Shown: positions 7,394 to 12,491 of the stretch, one piece after another | Numbering within the stretch: position 1 is the stretch's first letter | How the letters are laid out: every line of letters begins with the position of its first letter | Assembly (NCBI GenBank): GCA_044870765.1 | Contig: JBIOZG010000033.1 | Location: 1 to 12,491 of the forward strand | DNA length: 12,491 nucleotides | Direction: 5' to 3' | Source: Nitrososphaeraceae archaeon | GTDB lineage: Archaea; Thermoproteota; Nitrososphaeria; Nitrososphaerales; Nitrososphaeraceae | Notes under the pieces: model-generated | Database searches by the model: none | Seen by the model: only the letters and a program-made list of their open reading frames with translations | What the model was told of the DNA's origin: nothing | Position numbers and translations under genes: made by a program

Positions 7394-8296
7394 TTGGTAT
7401 TTATCAGAGATAAAAAAGTAAAAGGACATTCATATGCTTATCTTGTAAGGAACGTATGGGATAGCAAGAATGGAAGGGTAAAACAAGATATTGTTAAATA
7501 TTTGGGTAGATCTTCTAAAGTAGCACTTGAGGATATCCCAAAAGAGTTTCAAAAGGACCCAAACGTAGTTACGTTTATTGCCTGTCATTCTTCGGATGCA
7601 GAAAAAATGGAATTTACCATGAAAGAAAAAATGCTGGAGCTCCTCATAAGAAATGATACCAATTCTCTACTTGATATATTTGAAAGATACTCTCAATTTT
7701 ATGGACTTCTTAAGTTCTACGAAAGATTGCTTGCCCCTGTGATGTACTTGGTGGGAGAGTTGTGGAAGGCGGGTAAACTGGATGTCGCCACTGAACATGT
7801 CTGTAGTAATGCTGCGCATACACTTGTAAAAATAATAAATGAAAGGGGCTCAAGGAATCCTGTAGCGAACAGAAAAGCTCTCAAGATTTTGATATGCACA
7901 CCTGAGGGCGAATATCATAGTTTAGGATGTATGGTAATCGAATCTTTTCTAATAAGCAAAGGACATTCCGTCTCCAACATTGCACCTTCTGTTCCTTCTG
8001 ACGCAATCATAGCTTTTGCAGATAAATTTAATCCTGATTTGATAATGATCTCAATAACTTTAGGCGACAATATTGGTGCCGCAACTAAATTGATAAATAA
8101 AATATTGGAGTCAAGGATAAGTGTTCCTCCTATACTAGTTGGTGGTATTGGAATTGAATCAATAACGATAAAAGGCCAAAACGATAAACTCAAAAAAGTA
8201 AAATTTTTGAAAGGGATAAAGTTAAGCGGTATTCTTCCCAGTATCATAGAAATTACAAAAGGCGGGCAAAAAGTTAGTGAAACAATTAAAAAATGA
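7394..8296 (+). CDS. Cobalamin-binding protein with CarH/LitR-type B12 module and a basic non-MerR N-terminal domain
   Basis: W-x9-EH (WKAGKLDVATEH) in the cap domain, E-x-H-x-x-G (EYHSLG), SITL and ILVGG of the B12 Rossmann fold; TTG start. Confidence 0.88.
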   Translation: MVFIRDKKVKGHSYAYLVRNVWDSKNGRVKQDIVKYLGRSSKVALEDIPKEFQKDPNVVTFIACHSSDAEKMEFTMKEKMLELLIRNDTNSLLDIFERYSQFYGLLKFYERLLAPVMYLVGELWKAGKLDVATEHVCSNAAHTLVKIINERGSRNPVANRKALKILICTPEGEYHSLGCMVIESFLISKGHSVSNIAPSVPSDAIIAFADKFNPDLIMISITLGDNIGAATKLINKILESRISVPPILVGGIGIESITIKGQNDKLKKVKFLKGIKLSGILPSIIEITKGGQKVSETIKK

Positions 8297-8763
8297 TTTT
8301 CACAGGTGCAGATGCTATTTTTAGTGGTCTTGTTTCAGGAATAGTAGCTACAGCGATAATGACAGCGACCGAAATCCAATCATGGAGAAAATGGGGATTG
8401 CTGGGAGTATTTGAATGGCATGAAAATCAAGTACTTTCCACTAGATTTTTTCATATTCCTCGGGAGAAACTTAGTTTCAAATATATTTTCTTTCTGCATT
8501 TCCTAAATGGATCATTGGCAGGTATCGCGTTTCCATTGATACTATCAATTCTTGACGTTTCTATTACATGGGATTATATCCTTGTGCCATCTGTGGCGTA
8601 TGGATTTATGCTTTGGATTGTCACACTTGTACCGATACACAAGCCAATAACGGGATATTCTGTATGGAATCATCAGTTAGGTCATTTACCTTCAATTGCC
8701 AGTCTTTTTGGTCATTTGATATATGGATTAGTATTAGGTATAGTAATAATGCTAATCTACTAA
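8293..8763 (+). CDS. Multi-pass membrane protein with two intramembrane His (resembles 5209..5790)
   Basis: GLVSGIVATAIMT, FFLHFLNG, LFGHLIYG; ATGA overlap with the B12 gene. Confidence 0.8.
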   Translation: MIFTGADAIFSGLVSGIVATAIMTATEIQSWRKWGLLGVFEWHENQVLSTRFFHIPREKLSFKYIFFLHFLNGSLAGIAFPLILSILDVSITWDYILVPSVAYGFMLWIVTLVPIHKPITGYSVWNHQLGHLPSIASLFGHLIYGLVLGIVIMLIY

Positions 8764-8791
8764 CCTCTCAAATGGGTGAAATAATAAAGAT

Positions 8792-9124
8792 ATGAGAATC
8801 TGGGACATTCCTGCAAGGAAATTATGCGCGAAACATCTTCTAGGTGAGCATTGTGAGTTACATGGGCTGTGGAATATTTTGACACAAAATAAATCTGGTT
8901 ATTCCAGACACCCTGAAACCCTAAGATGGAAGGGGAAATTGGCAGCACTATATCTCAGACATGAGGAGCTTGTAGTCGAAATGAAGAAAAGGAATTATCA
9001 ACACAAAAGCGATTTAAATAAGGTATTTGCTACTGGCCGGTCAATTCAGGAAAAGTTTGTAGATTCATATGATGGACAGCTAGAGATACTAAAGGACAAA
9101 GGATGTAAGTGCAAAATTACCTGA
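8792..9124 (+). CDS. Pyrimidine dimer DNA glycosylase / T4 endonuclease V-like protein
   Basis: MRIW...LCAKHLLGEH, GYSRHPETLRW, LYLRHEELVVEMKKRNYQH are characteristic of the Pyr_excise family; GGGTGA SD-like motif at 8774-8779. Confidence 0.82.
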   Translation: MRIWDIPARKLCAKHLLGEHCELHGLWNILTQNKSGYSRHPETLRWKGKLAALYLRHEELVVEMKKRNYQHKSDLNKVFATGRSIQEKFVDSYDGQLEILKDKGCKCKIT

Positions 9125-9165
9125 AGCCAGACAGAATAAAAAGTATCTTCAATAATATACAAGTA

Positions 9166-9234
9166 TGTTACTAATGATGGTAACAATAATTCGGGTTCGG
9201 TGGGATTCGGACAGTGCATGTAGTAGGTTCCTGA
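9166..9234 (+). repeat. Dispersed intergenic repeat copy B
   Basis: TTACTAATGATGGTAACAATAATTCGGGTTCGGTGGGATTCGGACAGTGCATGTA; left part matches copy C, right part matches copy D. Confidence 0.85.
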
Positions 9235-9294
9235 GTCCTTCCATCAATACGATTTATTGCGGTTCCAAATCTGAAATTCATTACTGAATACCTA

Positions 9295-10347
9295 TTAGAG
9301 TTTCTGTGGAGTAGTTAATATTTTTCCGAATAGCTGCGACTCTGACATCTTTATATGACCTTCCACCATGTTGCCAAATGGAAGAATGGTATCGATTACG
9401 GGCTTTATCTTTCCCTTCCTCACCCATCGTATTACTTCTTCTAATCCAGCTTTGGTTCCCTGCGTTGCACCCAATAAATTGATGCCTTTGAAAAACAGAT
9501 ACCTCAGATCAATTGTTGAATCGTATCCAGTAGTAGCGCCCGTTGATACAAGCGTGCCTCCCATCTTCAACAGGCTCAGCTCTTGTGGAAAAGTAGTTTT
9601 GCCAATATGCTCAAAAACAATGTCCACACCTTCTTTGTTAGTTATTTCACGCACTTTCCGGTACCAACCAGATTCACGATGATTTACTACGTAGTCTGCT
9701 CCAAGCTCTAGGCACTTGTTCATTTTGTCTTTATTTCCAGCGGTAGCAATAACAGGACAGTTAAATAAATTGGCAATCTGTATGCCAGCAATTCCCATGC
9801 CACTCCCTCCGCCCATTATTAGGACTGTCTGTCCCGGTCGTATCTTGGCTCTGGTAACAAGCATATGCCATGCAGTCATGCCGACCATCGAAATTGCTGC
9901 TGCGTCATCGAACGATACATTGTCTCGTAGCTTGACTACATTCGCAGCTGGCAATTGAGTATACTGTGCAAAACCCCCCCAGAGTGGCCCTGTCTGGAAA
10001 CCCCAGACTTTCCTACTGGAACAGTCATATTCCCTTCCGGATGTACATTCGTAGCATACCCTGCAAGTCAGGTTTGGATGCACAACCACTCTGTCTCCAA
10101 TCTTAATATTTGCGGATACATTTTCTCCTATTTCCACGACTGTTCCGGCTGCGTCGCTTCCTGATATGTGAGGCATTGGAATTTTGATTGGTTTACCCCA
10201 TATACCCCAGAGGTCATTGTAATTATATGACGCCGCTTCCACTTTAATCAGCACTTCGCTGGATTTTGGCTTTGGCGTATCAATATCCTCAATTTTTACT
10301 ACCTTTCTAGGATCATCATTATGTTCTCTGTACACAGCTGCTTTCAA
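9295..10347 (-). CDS. Medium-chain dehydrogenase/reductase (Zn-binding ADH superfamily)
   Basis: GSDAAGTVVEIG, structural Zn motif CRVCYEC-x7-C, GGGSGMG nucleotide-binding loop; TTG start preceded by GGTGGTGA SD on the minus strand. Confidence 0.92.
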   Translation of the reverse strand: MKAAVYREHNDDPRKVVKIEDIDTPKPKSSEVLIKVEAASYNYNDLWGIWGKPIKIPMPHISGSDAAGTVVEIGENVSANIKIGDRVVVHPNLTCRVCYECTSGREYDCSSRKVWGFQTGPLWGGFAQYTQLPAANVVKLRDNVSFDDAAAISMVGMTAWHMLVTRAKIRPGQTVLIMGGGSGMGIAGIQIANLFNCPVIATAGNKDKMNKCLELGADYVVNHRESGWYRKVREITNKEGVDIVFEHIGKTTFPQELSLLKMGGTLVSTGATTGYDSTIDLRYLFFKGINLLGATQGTKAGLEEVIRWVRKGKIKPVIDTILPFGNMVEGHIKMSESQLFGKILTTPQKL

Positions 10348-10453
10348 GTATGTTCACCACCATCTTTGTCATGGACATCCATTTATTCATAATGGCACAA
10401 ATGTAAAGTATAATACACCAATGACAGGGTAATGGTTTTAGCCTTGCATTTGT

Positions 10454-10496
10454 TTACTAATGTTGGTAACAGTAATTCGGATTCGATGGGAACCAT
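10454..10496 (+). repeat. Dispersed intergenic repeat copy C
   Basis: 10454-10491 matches 9168-9205 at 34/38 nt, then continues ACCAT as in copy A. Confidence 0.85.
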
Positions 10497-10731
10497 ACGG
10501 AATTTCATACTACTTAATTATTACATATCTGATAATGAAAATCTGTAAACCATATCACTAGTGATATTTTTGAAAGATCTTGACTTCTGCGACTTAGAAA
10601 GCCATTTCTATCAATATTGACCCCGTTCATAAAGTCGCAAGAAAATGCAGTGACCAAAATCTGCAGGTTCATTCTGAGCGAATAAAAGTGGAAGAATGCA
10701 CTGGTTACTGGAATGGATTTGCTTCCAATGT

Positions 10732-11514
10732 CTAATTCTTAATACGCTTACGAAAAGGAATATTATCCGGTATAGTTATCACTTTTTCGCCTTTTTCCTC
10801 ATCAGGTATTAGCGCATTATTAATACGCTTACGAAAAGGAATATTATCCGGTATAGTTATCACTTTTTCGCCTTCTTCTTCGTTGGCTTCTAATACATCT
10901 GGTATCAAATAATCTCTATCGTCTTCATACTTTTCACTGAATGACTCGTCTACAGAACTTTCAATTACTTCACCTTTTTCTTTGTCAGGTTTTAGCACCT
11001 TTTTTTGAATCTTGCGGGAGTTCTCTGCTTGCCATTTATCATATTCATCTTGCTTCCTTTTTAGCTCTGAATGGTCTTCAGATACAATTCGCTCGCCTTT
11101 CTTATTATTTAGTATTAAAACATCACCGTACAGTCCGATATGAGGAAATGATGTGGTCTTTATTCCCATGTCTTTTTGTACTGCTTGTATAGCTTTAGCA
11201 TATTTTTCCATCGTTTCAATATTTCGATCATAATCTCTTGCTTTATGATATGCAAACCACATTTTTTTAAGGATGTTAAAACACTGAGAGATTGAATAAC
11301 CAGAGGGACACATTAATTGTTGCTGTTCTTTACGTGAATACAGCTCCAAGAGCCCAAATCTATTTGACAATATTGTCTTCTTCTCTAGGCCTCTTTTTTG
11401 TGGTTTATACGGTTTATTACAATCTATCCATTTTTTGTTCTTTAGTAGATATACGCTAATAGTACCATCTTTCTTTGTATATTTTTGTTTCATTGGGTAA
11501 ATCCTCCACGGCAT
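10732..11514 (-). CDS. Hypothetical protein with a basic N-terminus, acidic C-terminal region and internal repeat
   Basis: 260-aa open frame; no family recognised. Confidence 0.7.
   Translation of the reverse strand: MPWRIYPMKQKYTKKDGTISVYLLKNKKWIDCNKPYKPQKRGLEKKTILSNRFGLLELYSRKEQQQLMCPSGYSISQCFNILKKMWFAYHKARDYDRNIETMEKYAKAIQAVQKDMGIKTTSFPHIGLYGDVLILNNKKGERIVSEDHSELKRKQDEYDKWQAENSRKIQKKVLKPDKEKGEVIESSVDESFSEKYEDDRDYLIPDVLEANEEEGEKVITIPDNIPFRKRINNALIPDEEKGEKVITIPDNIPFRKRIKN
10739..10874. repeat. Intragenic direct repeat, 55 bp identical, 81-nt period
   Basis: 10739-10793 equals 10820-10874; encodes GEKVITIPDNIPFRKRI twice. Confidence 0.95.
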
Positions 11515-11828
11515 TGATTATAATACTAAAGTGTTCTTGCTATCGGATAAATGTTTCGTTACCTTATTGAGTATTCTAGGTTCAATTCGCATGAGACCAC
11601 TTCAAGTTTGAATATCATGCTTTCATTTGGATGCGTTTTTGAGATCTATTTTATGTAATACCGTGCCTTTTGAAATTAAACGCATAGAGCTTGTACTCGT
11701 TTCTTCTTTTTGAGTATGAGTTTCAAAGTGCAGTTAAAAGCCCAAGGGTCTTGTCAATCTTTTATTTTCACTAGGGATAAATAAAGTTGTAAGTGAGTAT
11801 ATTAAAAAGAACTTGTACATTGTAGACG

Positions 11829-12320
11829 ATGAAAATAGGATTAATATCCGATACTCATGATAATATTCAGAATATACGGAGAGCCGTCAGAGAATTTAAT
11901 GATAATCATGTTGATCTTGTAATCCATGCAGGCGATTTTGTAAGTCCCATCGCTGTTGAATCTCTCGCAGGTGTCAAACTTGTTGGGGTATTGGGAAACA
12001 ATGACACAGATCTTCCAGGACTAACATCAACTTTTAACAAAATACATGGAGAACTGAAAGGAGAGATTTTTGAAACAGTATACGATGGAATGAACTTTGC
12101 TGTTTATCATGGCACTAGCCTTGCAAAAAAAGAACAGTTAATCAAATCTGGAAAGTATGATGTTTTTATTTATGGACACACGCATAGGAAAGATAATAGA
12201 AGTATTGGAACTACAAGAGTTATCAATCCAGGCACCGCTAAAGGATGGATTTTTGGATTTTTCGCGACTATAGCTGTATTTGATACCTCTAGTAGAACCT
12301 TAGAGTTTATCAATATATGA
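11829..12320 (+). CDS. YfcE/MJ0936-type metallophosphoesterase
   Basis: SDTHDN, HAGD, GNND, HG, GHTH and NPG motifs. Confidence 0.92.
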   Translation: MKIGLISDTHDNIQNIRRAVREFNDNHVDLVIHAGDFVSPIAVESLAGVKLVGVLGNNDTDLPGLTSTFNKIHGELKGEIFETVYDGMNFAVYHGTSLAKKEQLIKSGKYDVFIYGHTHRKDNRSIGTTRVINPGTAKGWIFGFFATIAVFDTSSRTLEFINI

Positions 12321-12341
12321 TATCTTCATATACAATCATAG

Positions 12342-12389
12342 AATTGCGGGTTCGATGGGATTCGGACATGTCATGTATTCGGGTTCTGA
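12342..12389 (+). repeat. Dispersed intergenic repeat copy D
   Basis: AATTGCGGGTTCGATGGGATTCGGACATGTCATGTA resembles 9188-9222; lies about 20 nt after the phosphoesterase stop. Confidence 0.85.
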
Positions 12390-12491
12390 CAACTTGGTCT
12401 TTAATATTTTGTCGTTCATAGATATACAAGACTGCATAGTGATTGTGGGCTATTATCTCAATTTAGCAATTGTCCTTCCTTCCTCCCACCA

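Noticed and set aside
7394-7570. Intact IS element at the transposase-like N-terminus
   Set aside because: No DDE catalytic domain, terminal inverted repeats or target duplication seen; the frame continues into a B12 domain.
7394-8296. Methionine synthase or corrinoid methyltransferase
   Set aside because: Has ExHxxG and W-x9-EH rather than DxHxxG, and no methyltransferase partner is nearby.
10573-10584. AAAGATCTTGAC also present in the duplicated blocks near 3932 and 4457
   Set aside because: Isolated 12-mer with no flanking similarity; likely chance.
142-11192. Other short ORFs in the track (142-348, 4520-4711, 6698-6883, 7717-7899, 7915-8247, 8568-8795, 8760-8948, 9368-9682, 9716-9958, 9955-10164, 10941-11192)
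   Set aside because: All overlap better-supported genes and show no recognisable motifs.
535-12389. Dispersed repeats read as a CRISPR array or tRNA fragments (GGTTCG resembles a T-loop)
   Set aside because: Spacing is kilobases and irregular, no cas genes are present, and no cloverleaf or T-stem complement is visible.

Overview
AT-rich archaeal DNA: TATA-like boxes sit about 22-23 nt before several start codons, and GGTGA/AGGAG SD-like motifs precede some genes. Gene content suggests an ammonia-oxidising archaeon (Nitrososphaerales, Nitrosocosmicus-like; inference). In order, the window holds a DUF1059-like small metal-binding protein, an LLM-class oxidoreductase and an HxlR regulator. Next is a putative copper module: a wHTH regulator, two His-bearing membrane proteins, a duplicated promoter plus signal-anchor peptide, an unannotated 57-aa Cys/His finger and a type-1 cupredoxin. 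Then comes a co-directional cluster: membrane protein, YbjT-like SDR, CarH-type B12-binding protein with a non-MerR N-terminus, a second membrane protein and a pyrimidine-dimer glycosylase. The window ends with an MDR reductase, an orphan with an internal 27-aa duplication and a YfcE-like phosphoesterase. The two strongest leads are (1) a candidate B12-photoreceptor/UV-repair operon and (2) four co-oriented intergenic repeats (core TTCGRTGGGA) with mosaic arms, suggestive of recombination sites. No rRNA, tRNA, CRISPR array, integrase or intact transposase was recognised. Family assignments come from motif recognition by eye, not database searches.
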